Below are positions 34,189 through 46,069 of a DNA stretch of 64,000 nucleotides, piece by piece (positions within the stretch are counted from its first letter, which is position 1; every line of letters begins with the position of its first letter). Under the pieces are notes generated by a model. The model was given only the letters and a program-made list of their open reading frames with translations. It did no database searches and was not told the DNA's origin. Where the stretch lies: NCBI GenBank assembly GCA_025558095.1, contig JAIVFI010000040.1:62001-126000 (forward strand). The letters are read 5' to 3'. The DNA is from Hyaloraphidium curvatum SAG 235-1 (Eukaryota; Fungi; Monoblepharomycota). Position numbers and translations under genes: made by a program.

Positions 34189-34436
34189 CTGTTCGGGCGA
34201 GCAGCGCGGATACGGGTTTTGAAGGGCGGGCAGGGAGACTTCGTGCCTGAGAATCTAGGCTGGTAGGAAAGAATAGAGATGCGCTAGTCGAAGCTACTAG
34301 CAGAGATGACTGCCAAAGAAATGGATTGGTTGAAGAGCCGAAAAGTTTGTCGACCTCCGGATGCACGTCGCGTGACCACGTCACCGCTCGTACGACCACA
34401 TTCGCACACGTCTTCCTACGCCTTTCCCGCACGGCA

Positions 34437-35668
34437 ATGACCCGAGCGACGCGGCAATCGACGCGGCGTCCCGCCGGGCGGCAGCTTTCGGCGCCGTCCG
34501 CCGCAGAGCCAGGCGCTCCTTCCTTCCCCCCCGAGATCCTGGGCCAGATCATGCGCTGGCTCCCCGACGCCAATCTTCTCACCTTTATGCTCGCAAGCCG
34601 GGCGTGTTACGAACTCGGTCTGCCGTATCTCCTCGCGCACGTTGCGTTTGATTACAGTCGGAAGACCTTTCCGTCCTTTGCGGCGGGATACTCGCCGCCC
34701 TCGGCGCGCGAAAGGCTCCGATACGTGAAGAAGATCTCGCTCGACCCCGCGGCTTCGGGCTCCTTGGAGGTACTACGGGGATGTGTTTCGCTCGAGTCGC
34801 TCGATGTGCTGGTCCGCCGGGACGTTCAGCACGCTCCGTTCTCCGAAAACGAGCTGGCGACCGTTTCATTGTTCTGGGAAGCTCTGGAATCCCTCGGCAA
34901 GCTGCGGCAGCTGAAGATATCCAGCGAGGAAGATGAAGCTCCCAGCGTTGTCGAAAGGGCGGTCGGCAAGTCGCTACCTCATTCGCTGGCCAAGATCAAC
35001 GTCTTTTTGAACAACCTGGAACACGACTTCGCGGGCGCTCCGCACCTCATGAAGCTTTTCAAGACCGCTTCTGGACTGGAGAGCTGGAGCATGCTGTACA
35101 GCTTCACCTACGACGGAGGCATGGTTGATTTCTCGCCCTTTCCGGAGCTCGCGTGCAAGCTGCTTTGGATGCGCATGACCCCGGCGCAGCACTTCGTCCT
35201 AGGCACCCCGTCTTCAATGCGTTTCCGAGAACCGTGCGTAGCCTAGAAATCCTGGACTGGTTCTCCGACGAAGAGGACAGAGAGGAGGGGGCGCTCGAAG
35301 TCTTCGCCGAAGCATGGAGCTTGATCTGTGAGATGACCCACCTCGAAGTTCTGCGGCTGGACGGTTTCCCGGCCTCGCTCTTTGTCGCCGGTTGTCCCCG
35401 CCGCATCAAGGTTCTGCAGCTGGAGAATCCCTGGCTCCCCCGTCGGCGCGGCGACCGGGAAGCGGTGCGGTCTGCCCTCAAGGCGGCCGGCCCTCGACGG
35501 ATTCAAGTCGGCCTTATCGGCAATTCGGAAGTTCAGAGGGCAAGGGATGCGGCTTTCTGGGAATCGGTGGACGGCGCGATAGTGTCGAATGGCAACTTCA
35601 ATGCCTTCCCGTGTTGGTGGCAGGGCTTCTCGTACGGAACAGAGTGTACCTGTGCTAGTTGCTCGTAG
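34437..35668 (+). pseudogene. F-box/LRR-like protein with a 1-bp frameshift near 35222 (pseudogene or sequence error)
   Basis: F-box FPPEILGQIMRWLP..LLTFMLASRACYELGLPYL and LRR-like LxxLxL segments in both overlapping ORFs (34326-35246 and 35153-35668). Confidence 0.7.
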
Positions 35669-35751
35669 TGTTCTCGGTATATCGTGCAGTACTCCTGTGG
35701 AAATGGCAATCGCAACATCCAAATACCACTGGTCCGTGAGCCGCATCCGCA

Positions 35752-37554
35752 TCACGAACCCGGGCAGAACGTCGCCAGCCTCGGCTTGAGCCCGAACGAG
35801 TTGAACAGCGCCGCCCCCACTGTCACGGCCGCCACCAACCCGCCCCGGATGGTCGACTTGGTCACCTCGATCCCCAGCATCCGCGACTTGGGCATCCCCG
35901 CGCCCACCCGCGCCAGCGCGTCCCTGTGGGCCGTCAGCTCCGCGAGCAGCTGCGCGAACCCCTCGGTGCGGTTCTCCCGCCCCGCGCGCGCCGCAAACTC
36001 GGCGATGGCCGAACCGACCCGTTCCGCGGCATCGGCGTAGGCAGCCGCAGCGGCCGTCCCCGCCTCGTTGACCCGCGCCAGCGTTGCGATGTTGACACCC
36101 GCCGTCCACAGGTTAAAATGGGCGATCAGGAATGCCCAGGCGGGAAAGCAGGAGCCCCCGAAGGGAAACGAACACAGCAGGGCGGCGGCAAGCGTGGCCA
36201 GGGCCACAAGAAGGGGAATCGAGGCATAGGAGGCCGAGACCGCGGTGGTGAGGTAGGTGCGGCGGAGGTCCTGGGCGAGGCGGGCGTACAGGGGAGCTGT
36301 TTCCTCGATCGGGGGAGGCGAGGTTGGGTCCTCCTCGGCCGGTTCGGCCGGCTTGGAACCCATCTGGTGCTTTTCTCCGAAAAAGGCCTCGATCCGGTCC
36401 AGGCACTCGGCCACAAAGGCGTCCGTGACCGCCGTGGCGAGCCGCACGTGGACGCGCCCGAGCAGCCGCCAGAGGACCTCCACCACGACGAACGACACGC
36501 GCCCTGATCCCGTGACGATCGACGTGATCCACCCCAGGATGTGCAGTGCGAGCACGATCGGCACCCACACGGTCGTCCAGAGCAGGCTGCCGGCGGGCCA
36601 GAGGTTCCAAAACACGAACCAGACCTGCAAGGCCTGCAGCACCGCCAGCGCGGCATAGGTGGCGGCAAAGTTGGCCATGACGGTCCACCCTCCGCCGGGA
36701 AAGATGCCGGAACAGTCGGCGCAGGGGCACGAGGGCGAGGGCGACCTAGTTGTTGAAACCACCTCATTCTGGAGATGTCCATCGCGCCCTTCCTCGGGCT
36801 CCAGCAGTGGCTCCAGTACCGCAAACGGATCCTCCTCCGCGCGGTGAGCAAACACCGTCCCGGGCCCCTTGCCGCCCCTGTCGCCCTCTGTCCTCGACCA
36901 GAACAGCGCGAGCACCGACATCCCAAACATCTCGAGATTGGGATCGTCAGGTGCCGAGAATTTGCGCGCGGAAACGAGGGAGCTGTGGCCCCAGGCCAAG
37001 GTGGGCCACCATAGATAACCCACGGCAATGGCGGCGCAGGCCGTTCCAAAGGCCGAGGCGGAGCCCGCGGAGCCGTGGCCAATCCAGACAGCAGCGAGCA
37101 GCGGAAAGACCGCGAAGAAATGGAGCAGGGACCCGGCGAAAAAGAACCCGAAGCGGCGCTCCGCTTTGGCCATCCAGCGCTGCATTCGGGAGAAGGCGAC
37201 CAGGCCGGGCAGGTCGGCCCATTCGAACACCGCGACGCACTCGTCAAAATTCAGCGGCGCGCCGGTGTAGTTGAGCAGCAGGCGGTCGCCGTTGCTTGGG
37301 GGCGGCAGCGGCGCGGGGTGGAGGAAACGCGTCGGGCGGAGCTGCAGCGGGTCCGTCGCCCGCGTTTTCCGCCGCCGGAGCCCGTTGCAGAGGTTCTCGT
37401 CCGCGGGCGCAGAGACGATCGGCGGCACGATCGAGTACTCGTCGGCAAAATCGGCCGCCCGGAACCCGGCGGCCGGCGGTCCGCGCTCGGTGTCTCCAGG
37501 AAATGCGTCTCCGGCTGGGAGGGCGCGGATGCCATTCTCCGCGCCGGCAGACAT
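35752..37554 (-). CDS. Seven-transmembrane protein, paralog of 32599-34188, intronless, about 600 aa
   Basis: CPCADC motif, GSCFPAWA, NIATLARVN, C-terminal RMLGIEVTKSTIRGGLVAAVTV..TFCP. Confidence 0.7.
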   Translation of the reverse strand: MSAGAENGIRALPAGDAFPGDTERGPPAAGFRAADFADEYSIVPPIVSAPADENLCNGLRRRKTRATDPLQLRPTRFLHPAPLPPPSNGDRLLLNYTGAPLNFDECVAVFEWADLPGLVAFSRMQRWMAKAERRFGFFFAGSLLHFFAVFPLLAAVWIGHGSAGSASAFGTACAAIAVGYLWWPTLAWGHSSLVSARKFSAPDDPNLEMFGMSVLALFWSRTEGDRGGKGPGTVFAHRAEEDPFAVLEPLLEPEEGRDGHLQNEVVSTTRSPSPSCPCADCSGIFPGGGWTVMANFAATYAALAVLQALQVWFVFWNLWPAGSLLWTTVWVPIVLALHILGWITSIVTGSGRVSFVVVEVLWRLLGRVHVRLATAVTDAFVAECLDRIEAFFGEKHQMGSKPAEPAEEDPTSPPPIEETAPLYARLAQDLRRTYLTTAVSASYASIPLLVALATLAAALLCSFPFGGSCFPAWAFLIAHFNLWTAGVNIATLARVNEAGTAAAAAYADAAERVGSAIAEFAARAGRENRTEGFAQLLAELTAHRDALARVGAGMPKSRMLGIEVTKSTIRGGLVAAVTVGAALFNSFGLKPRLATFCPGS

Positions 37555-37877
37555 CGTGGGGAAGACCACACGCTGCCAGATCCCCTATAATCGCGGCCGG
37601 CGTGCGTCGACGGCGGGCATGCACCCAGGGAGGGGGCGCGGGCGGGCGGCGGGTCGGCGGCCGGGCGGCGCAGGCGCTGCCGCCGCGTGATCGACGCGAC
37701 GATCGACCTCCGATGTCACCACCCCCGCCTGCAAACTGCAAACCGGTCGGACGCCGTTTGTGGTTTTGCCGAGCCACGGCTCTTATTCATACATAGTCAC
37801 GCATTTCTTCGTCGCTCTGATGGTTCACCGAGCCTCATGTGCGCTGATCGTTCTGTTTGAACCGAGTTTACCACAAA

Positions 37878-38827
37878 TCATCCATGTGCGCGCCGTGCAG
37901 TGCGGGCGGTAATATCCGCAATCTGCAGCCACACGTCGGTCGGGAACTGGTGGTTGTACCTGCATCGGTCAACGTTGAGACGTCGCCCGGGCAGTCTGGC
38001 GTTGGCAATCTTCCGACTTACCCTTCAAGCCAGACCATCTCGGAATCCCGGATCGCATCGTGCACCGCCTCAATGGTCGCCTTGGGATAGAAGCAGTCCT
38101 CGGTCCCCGCAACCACCGCCGTCGGGCACGCGATCGCCCTGATCGGCTCGAGGATGTCCACGTCCGCCGCCGCGATCTGCCCTGAGCTCAACAAGGGATG
38201 CCCTTTGGTCCGCTCAAAGTGCTGGGCGATCTGCTCCCCGACAGAATCCAGTTCCGGGGCGAACTTGCTCGACGTGCAGCAGTAGATGCCGAAGCGCGAC
38301 CAGACGCCGCTCTGCGCGTACCGCACCCAGGACGACGCATACGACGACACCGGCGCGGTGATGGAGTCCGCCAGTGCCAAAGCCTGCAGCGCGAGCATGT
38401 ACCCGACCATTTTCGGCGCGGGCTTCACGTGCTTGGATCCCGCGGCCGCGCTCAGGACCACGAGCGAAGTCACCCTGCCAGGATGGTCGAGCGCGAGCCG
38501 CATCCCGATGATACCGCCCATGCTGTGGCCGAGCACGGAAGCCTGCGGCTCGCCGGCGGCATCGAGTACCGCGGCGCAGTCCGCTGCCATCTCCTCGAGC
38601 GTGTACGGGCCTGCGGGGTGCGAGGACATGCCGGCTCCGCGGGGATCGAAGGTAATGACGCGGAAGCCGAGGTCTGCGAGGGCGGCGACGAAAGCGGCGT
38701 CCCAGAGCGCGAGGCTGTTGAATATGCCGGGGATGAGGAGCAGGGCGCCAAGGGGCGGAGAAGCGGTCCGGGTCGCTTCGTGTACCTCGTACGCGAGCGA
38801 AACGGAGCCGTTCTGCGCGGTCGGCAT
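37878..38827 (-). CDS. Alpha/beta hydrolase (esterase/lactonase-like, bacterial-type), 2 exons
   Basis: VITFDPRGAGMS, LGHSMGG nucleophile, AGTEDC acid. Intron 37960-38021 yields EGYNHQFP with the catalytic His. Confidence 0.85.
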
Positions 38828-39146
38828 CGCGGCCAGTGTCCGAATGGAGCGACGGAGCACGTGGAGACGCGGTCTGTGGGCTGGTTGGCGACTCTTCTGC
38901 GGAATGTTCCCCGATTCCTCCGAGCGCCAGCCGCCATCCACTACGCCCACTCCCTCTAAATGCGCCATGCGCTGCTGCTTTATTCCGAGAGTGACCCGAG
39001 ATGCATACTTCAGCATTGGTGGCGATCTCGAGCTAATACCCGACGCTAGACATGGTCTTCCTATCGGCTAGCTTGGCCCGGCCTCTTTTAGCAGCTCATG
39101 CACGTTCTTCGGATTGCAATCGCGATCCGCTCCACTCTTCGGGAAT

Positions 39147-40178
39147 CTATATCGCCTTGTTACCCGTCAGGCCGGCCCACGGCGAGTGCGTCGCCGCCGC
39201 CTTGTCCGAATAGAACCTCTCCACCGCGTCCCTCACCAGCTCCCACTTGAGCCCGCTTCCCCTGCACCTCAGCCCCTTGCCGTCCTTGTCGAGCGTCCAG
39301 AACGTCGTGCCCCCGGGCCCCGCGGGCGCCTTCCTTTCGTAGGCGTTGAGCGCGTCCGCCAGTGGGCGGAGGTCGTGCTGCCTCGGCGCGCCGTCGGGGT
39401 CCGCGAGCAGCCGCACCGTCGAGAGCGGGGTGTACTCGAACGAGCATTCGGGGGGGTGCCAGGTCAGCACGCGGCCCGGGTGGCGCGAAGCGACGGGGTC
39501 GGAATCGGGGTGGGGGGCGTCCCCTCCCGCAGCCGCGGAGCCGGGGTAGGCGATCTCGGAGCGCACGGCGGCGGGGTGGTACTCCCCAACCCGAGGGTCG
39601 ATTTGCACGAAGGCGAGGTCGAGCGAGTCGACGAGACGGAGGGAGATGACGCCGGATTTGATGGCGTCGAGGGTCGAAGCGTACAGCGCGTCCTCGGCCT
39701 CGTAGAGCGGCTTGCCGGAGGCGGGGTCGGCGGCGATGCGGCCGAGGAGGGGGACGAGCGCGACGGTCGGATCGTCCTTCAGGGCGTCGGCGGCGGCCCT
39801 GGCGAGGGCGAAGGAGGCCCGGGCCGCGGCACGCGAGGCGAACGCGCCCAACAGTCCGCCCCTCGCCACATCGACAAGCAGCCGGGCGTTTTTGCGGGCG
39901 GCGGGGTCCGACAGCAGCGTCATCGCGGCGACCGCGTCGGCGGTCGGGGCCGCGGCGGCGCACACGGCCTTCTTGTCTGCCAGCAGACCCCACGCCGCGC
40001 GGTCCGCGAGCAGCTTAAGCGCCGCCTCGGTCGCCGTGAGACTCCGCAGTTTGGGCGGGCACGATGCGCCGGCGAGCGAGAGCGCCGTCGACGCCAGCGC
40101 GCTGCCCGCAGCAAGCACGTGCGGGCGGCTCCCCAGCGACGGGAACGCGGCGGCCGCAAACACCGGCGCGTCGCCCAT
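39147..40178 (-). CDS. Degenerate DUF6687-like (DHH-related) protein, intronless
   Basis: Scaffold RPHVL..GS...T.L.L, LLVDVARGG..F..RAAARASFAL, LYEAEDA, LDLAFV, HPAAV, DLRPLADALN resembles bacterial DUF6687 proteins. Confidence 0.6.
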   Translation of the reverse strand: MGDAPVFAAAAFPSLGSRPHVLAAGSALASTALSLAGASCPPKLRSLTATEAALKLLADRAAWGLLADKKAVCAAAAPTADAVAAMTLLSDPAARKNARLLVDVARGGLLGAFASRAAARASFALARAAADALKDDPTVALVPLLGRIAADPASGKPLYEAEDALYASTLDAIKSGVISLRLVDSLDLAFVQIDPRVGEYHPAAVRSEIAYPGSAAAGGDAPHPDSDPVASRHPGRVLTWHPPECSFEYTPLSTVRLLADPDGAPRQHDLRPLADALNAYERKAPAGPGGTTFWTLDKDGKGLRCRGSGLKWELVRDAVERFYSDKAAATHSPWAGLTGNKAI

Positions 40179-40604
40179 TGCCTGAAATTGGAATGGTGCC
40201 GCGATGCGTGGGGTGCGGTGAGGGGTGAGGTTTGGCGGGCGGCGCCGCGTCCTCCGCTCGGGGTCCACTCCACTACTACCGTCACATATCGTGCATGCGT
40301 ACCATCGATCGATTTGGGCTTGATTTACGAGGTGCGAATTGTGACACGTTCGACGTGGCCGATCGCGCTCTCGCTGACGCTCGGGGCGCGCTCCGCGCGA
40401 AGCTAGCAAGGTAGGCAGCGGCGGGTTCGCGGATCAGACTTCCGCAGCACAAGTTAGAGTCACTGTCCGTTCGCGCACCCATGTAGAGTCACAGCGGTGC
40501 CAGCTAGCACTTCCAGGAACACCCTCGCTCTTGACTTTGCCCTGAGGAGAAGCCTCTAGATTTCGCCAAGCGTTACATTCTCCGAGCCCCGGACGGCAGT
40601 TCCC

Positions 40605-43600
40605 CTACTCGTCCGCGCCCTGGTCCCGTCGGCCCTGCTGCTCGCCCCCGTCCCGCCGTTGCCAACGGCGGCCCCTGCGCCAATCGCGGTTGCCGCCGTC
40701 CTGCCTGCGGCCCTCCTCCTTGCGGCCCTCCTCCTTGCGGCCATCCTCCCTGCTGCCTTCCTCCCTGCCAGCGCCTGCCGGGCGGCGGTGCGTGCTGCGG
40801 CGATCGTCGCCCCACGGCCTCTTGCCCCAATCCCCGGCCTCGCCCTCCTTGTCCGCCTTTTCCCCGTCGTCCCTCACCCGACCACCCTGCTGCTCCTTCG
40901 CCGCCTCCTTCTTGTCCCTCTGGTTGTAGAAGATAGGCTGAGCCTCCACCGCCCTGCCCATCCGCGGGATCAGCAGCTCCTCCGGCACCAACAGCTGCCT
41001 CGCCACGGCCTCGTAGAACGGGTACCCGTACGCCCCCTTGGCCGCGGCCTTGAGCTCCTCGGGGGTGACCTCCTTATCCCCCGGCAGAGCCTCCCACAAC
41101 CGCACCATCCGCGCGTAGGATTTGCACCCCACGGGCGTCTTGCCCTCCCTCTTTGCGCCCCACCCGGCCACCACCCTCGGCGCCGGCCCGCCCGCCGCCA
41201 CAGCCTTGGCGGCGCGGGCCCACTCCCCCGCGCGCGCGAGCACCTCGGCGTACGCGCTCCAGGGCTCGTCGGCGGGCCGGTTGCTCTTGTTGTACGGGCC
41301 GCCCGCGACACCCCAGAAGGCCTCGACGAGGGCGGCGGCGGCCAGCTGCGGCGTGGGCTGGCCGGTGCCCGAGAGGGCGGCGAGTGCGGGGGCGGAGCGG
41401 GGGAGGAGGGAGATGCCGCGGAGGGCAAAGTGCAGGGTCTCGTGGTCCAGGTCCGAGGCGGCGGATTCGCCGTCGACCAGGCGCCAGACGCGGCGGTAGA
41501 GCGGGTGGTCCGCGCCCAGCCGAGGTTCGACGACGGCGCCGCGGAGGGCGACGGGGCGCGGTTTGCCGAAGGGGGTGGAGAGCCGCGCCAGGAAGATCTC
41601 GTAGGCGAGGAGGAGGTACGCGTGCGCGAGGACCAGCGGGTCGTCCTTGCCGATCCAGTCGTTCAAGTCCTCGTTAGTCACGGGCCCGGGGACGATCGCG
41701 GGCTCATCGGCATCGTGGGCGGCTGCCGATTCGGCGATCGCGCCCTCGGCTGCGGCAGCGGCCTCTGCCACCGGTGCATCCCCGGCCTGTGCCTCGCCCG
41801 CAACGTCCTTGACGGGCTCGCCGACGGCCCAATCGGCGTACCCGAACGCCCCTCTTTCGGCCGACCAGGCCGAAATCTGCACCTCCGCCCCCCGGACGAG
41901 CGCCAGCACGAGCGTCCTGTAGATCGTATCGGCCCTCGCCGTGGCCTCCACCTCCCTTGCCTTGACCATATCCAGGAACCCCATCGCCGCGCTCACGTCG
42001 CCCGCCTCCCCCGCGAGCTTGGCCGACAGCGACGCCAGATTGGCCGCCGTCGTGGCCTGGTACTTTAGCCGCGGCTCCAGCACCGCGATCCCGGTCCGCG
42101 CGTTGGCGAGCACCGGCGCGATAGTGCGCGCGCGGTCCACGTCCGCGGCGGCCTTGGGCAGCTCCGACGCCGCCGGCAGCGGGACGGAGCGGTCGAACGG
42201 GCACGGGAGCACGGCGCGGGGCACGACGGCGCGGCGCCGCGCGTCGTAGGCGGCGTAGTAGTTCTCGCGCATGCGGACGACGAAGGGCCCCGGGGAAGCG
42301 TCGTTGCCGTTGGCGATATTGACGCCGACAAGGCGGGTGAGGAGGGACATGTCGGGATCAGCGACGCGGAGGGCTTCGGTGGTGAGGTACCAGAGGGTGC
42401 GGCGGTGCACCTCGGGCGCGTAGTTGGCCTTGCTCCCGTCGTCCTTGGTCCTGCTGAACTGTTCGACGGCGTCGACGGCCTTGCCGAGCTGGCGATCCCG
42501 GTGATCAGCACCTGCACCCGCACCGCCCGCCCGCACCCGGCACGACCCACCTCCCCGATGCGGACCCAGCCCTCCAGCAGCGTCGCCCCCGCGTTCATCG
42601 ACACCTTGCCCGGCCCCATCCTGTCGGACCCCGGCATCCTGCCCACCCCCTCCGCCACGCACCCGTCAAACACCTTCTGCGCAAACAGCATCACGTTCTT
42701 TGCGCTGGCGGCGTACCGCGCCGCCACCGCCGCCCAGTCCCCGCCCTTGGCCTCGGCCTCGGCCGCCTGCGCGCGCGCGCGGAGCGCCTGGTCCGTGAGC
42801 AGGTCCATTGCGCGCTGCAGGTGCGCGGGGGGCAGGAGGAAGCCGAAGGTGGGGTCGCGCATGAGCTGGAGGAACTCGCCGGCGAGGACGGGGTACGAGA
42901 GCCGCAGGGAGGCGACCACGAGCTCGCCAAAGAGGCGGGGGGTGAGGCGGCCCTCGGATGCCTGGTGCTGGAAGATGCGCAGGAGCCTGCGCACGGGGGT
43001 TTCGGGGGTCGGGGAGAGCTCCATGGGGTGGGTGGCGGCTGCGGCGGCGGCGGGGTCGGCGGCAAAGAGCTCGTCGACGGATTCGCGCTTGCCGCCCTTG
43101 ACGAGCAGGTCCGCGACCGTGACGGTGTCCTCCAGGATGGTGATGGGGTACTCCTTCAGGTCCTTTTCCGCGGTGGCCTCGGAGGCGCGGCCGACGGCGC
43201 GGACGAGGAACACCCAGGCCTGCGGATCGTCGCGACATTCGGCGGGGAGGGAGCGCAGGAAGGCGAGGAAGCCCGTGTAGTTGTCCGTCAGGTGCGACAG
43301 GACGACGAGCCGGGCCTGCGCGGGGATCTGGGCGCCTTGGGGCTTCTCTTTCTCGAGCTTGGCCATGATCTTGTTGGCATGGGCCAGGTTCCTGAAGGGA
43401 TAAGGTAGGAAACGGGCCGATGTGCGTCAGCGAGCGGTGCGCGGGCGAACGGATGGAGGAGCTGCACACCTGCACGTCCACCTGCACGCCCTCGCGTATC
43501 CCACGGCGGCCTCCTTCCAGTACTCGACGCCCAGCTTGGCCGAGTCTTCAACCACAGCCCAAAGCCTCTCGGCGATCCGATCCGTCTCGGCCTTGAGCGA

Positions 43601-44671
43601 CTTGCGCCTGTCGGCGTCTGTCGGCCCCCGGTCCGACAGCGGCTTCGTGATGATGGCGTCCCCGGCGGGTTCCACGGGGTTCACCTGGCCGTCGAGGATC
43701 TCGGCGTTGAGCAGGAGCGACTCGACGAGCAGGCTGTGCTCGCGCATTTCGAGGCGCTCCCCGGCCTGGAACGCGGGCCGGGCGGCCTCGTACAGGCGGA
43801 AGACCTCCTTGGCGTCGATGGGGACCTCGAAGAGCTTCGAGGCCTCGGTGAGGAGGTCCGCCCGCGATTTGGGGAACCAATCGGTCTGGGTGTAGGAGAG
43901 GAGCTTCTTGCGCAGGTCGGCGGTGGGCGGAGAGAGGTTGCGGACCGGGGTGGGCCGCGCGCCGTCCTTGCGGTCCTTGGCTCCGTCGCCCTTCTGGCGG
44001 TCCGCTTCCTTGCGATCGCCCTGCCGGCGGTCCCCTTGCGCGCGGTCGCCCTGCTGGCTCCGCTCGCCGCGTTGGTCGCGCCTCTCCTTGCCGTCCTGCT
44101 TCTGGCGCCCCTGATTCCGCCCGTCGCCGCGGTCCTTCCCCTCTTCCCTCACGGCCCCGCGGACCTTTTCCTTCCTGGCCCTTCCCTCTTCACGGTCGGC
44201 CCCGTCCCCGCGGCCGGATTCCTTCCCCTCGCGGCCTCTGCGGACGCGCGTGCCCTCCTGGGCGGACACGCGATCGGCCCCGTCCTGCGCCTCGTCCTGC
44301 GCCTCCGCGGCGCCCTCCTCGCGCCCCTTCTTCCTCCTGCTCTTTTTGCCCCCCTCAGCGGGCAGCTCGCCCGCAGATGGCTCGCCGTCCAGTGCCGCGT
44401 CGGGCTCGCGCGCCCTCGGCGGCTTTGGTTTCCGCACGGCGAACGCCGCGTCGTCGTCCAGCTCGGCCATGTCGGCGTCGCCAAAGTCGATTTCCCGCGC
44501 GCGGAACGGCGGCGAGGCGGCAAAGGCGCGCGACGGCGCGGGCGGCGGCGGGGCGCGCCACGCGCCGCTCGCGCGCGGATGCGCCGCAGCGAGGGGCGAT
44601 GCGCGGCGCCGCGCGTGGCCGCCAATCGCGCAGGCCAAGGAGGCGCGCGCCGCGGCGATGCGGGTCCACAT
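40605..44671 (-). CDS. Large predicted mitochondrial protein with degenerate PPR-like helical repeats, 3 exons
   Basis: Arg/Ala-rich presequence MWTRIAAARASL. PPR-like helices LFGELVVASLRLSYPVLAGEFLQLM, TLLEGWVRIGE|LGKAVDAVEQF, WSAYAEVLARAGEWARA. Introns near 43392-43469 and about 42490-42550. Confidence 0.6.
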
Positions 44672-45012
44672 CGCACGGGGAGGGCGCGTCGGAGGGTGGG
44701 GAAACAAACAGCTGGCGTCGGTGGTGCGCCTAGAGTGACTGAGGGCGGGATCGCGCACACTCGAATCGGACCAGGCAAGGGCGAGGGTCGATCTGTACCC
44801 TGGGCGAGGAACTACGGCCCCGAATAGTGCGCTCGTCGTCGGTGGAACGGAGAGCACTCGTTCCGTCTTCATCGCCGCGACCACCGGAGGCGTTCACCTC
44901 CATCCATCAATGATCCACGAGACAGTTCGCCTCACAACTCCGTGCTTCAGACCCCGCCACGCCTTGATCGAGCCACCATGCCCCAGACCCCGCCCTCATC
45001 CGCCCCGGCCGC

Positions 45013-45897
45013 TCAGTCCTCCTCATCCCCGCGCCCCACGCCCCGCTGCCCCCGCAAAAGCGCCTCCGCCCTCCTCAGCTCCCCCTCCCCCAACCACCCC
45101 CCCGGCGCCTGCACAATCGGCACCACCCCCTCTTCCCCATACGCCCGCGCCAACCCCCTCGCGCACCGCCTGGCCCCCCTCAACCCCCCTTCGAGGAACG
45201 CCCCGGGGCGGACGCCGGGGATCGGCCTCTCCCTCAGCCGTTCCAGCAGCGCGAGGGTGGGGTAGAACCACGACCCGTGCACTTCCCCGAGCGGGAGCCC
45301 GCGCAGCCACGGCAGCGCACCGTCCAGCAACCGCAGGTCCGTGCCGAACTGCAGCGCGGCGCCGATGACCAGCCCGGTGCCGAGCTTCGCGAGGAGGCGG
45401 TCCCTTTCTGCGTTTCGCAGGCGCGGGTCGGGGGGATAGGGGTCGAATGCGACGAAGATGCCGGGGGTGCGCGCCGGGTCGAGGTGGGGGCGGAGCGCGC
45501 GGAGCACGGCGAGCGAGTCGTGCCCCGCGACGTGCCCGCCGCCGCTTCCCGAGACGAGCAGCACGGTTGGCCTCGGCCCGGGTTCGCCGTCCGGCCCACT
45601 GGGGACGTCCAACGCGCCCAGCTCCGCGAGGAAGCCGGCGAACGCGTCCGGGTCCCCGCCGCGGACGGCGAGCGAGTAGTGCGCGCACACCTGCGGTGCC
45701 GGCTTCCCCGCGGCAGAGAACGCGGCGAGCACGGCGCGGGCGACTGCGAGCGGGGCACGGGAACGGTGGGTATCGGCGACATTGAACTGCGGGCCCGGGC
45801 GGGCCAGGAAGGGCGCGAGGGCGCGGGGGAGCAGCGAGGGGTGGGTGGGGAGCTCGATGCGGAGGGGGAGGTGGGCCGCGGAACGGCCGCGGATCAT
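45013..45897 (-). CDS. MTHFR-like (FAD-linked oxidoreductase TIM barrel) protein, intronless
   Basis: VCAHYSL, VLLVSGSG, FVAFDPY, ERDRLLAKLGTG..LQFGTD parallel the MTHFR motifs (H.t, L.L.GD, A.yP, L..K...G...TQ). Confidence 0.55.
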   Translation of the reverse strand: MIRGRSAAHLPLRIELPTHPSLLPRALAPFLARPGPQFNVADTHRSRAPLAVARAVLAAFSAAGKPAPQVCAHYSLAVRGGDPDAFAGFLAELGALDVPSGPDGEPGPRPTVLLVSGSGGGHVAGHDSLAVLRALRPHLDPARTPGIFVAFDPYPPDPRLRNAERDRLLAKLGTGLVIGAALQFGTDLRLLDGALPWLRGLPLGEVHGSWFYPTLALLERLRERPIPGVRPGAFLEGGLRGARRCARGLARAYGEEGVVPIVQAPGGWLGEGELRRAEALLRGQRGVGRGDEED

Positions 45898-46069
45898 TTG
45901 GGATTGGGAGCGGGGAGACGGGTTGGAGGTTGTTTACGGCGCGTCATCGGTCGTCAACGCTCCCGACCGCGGCGTCCGGAGCTACTAGGCGACCAATGGA
46001 CGCGATTTGGCGACAATCCCGACGAGATCCGACATAGTTCATTTGCACCGCCCGCAGCGGCCGTCCAGC

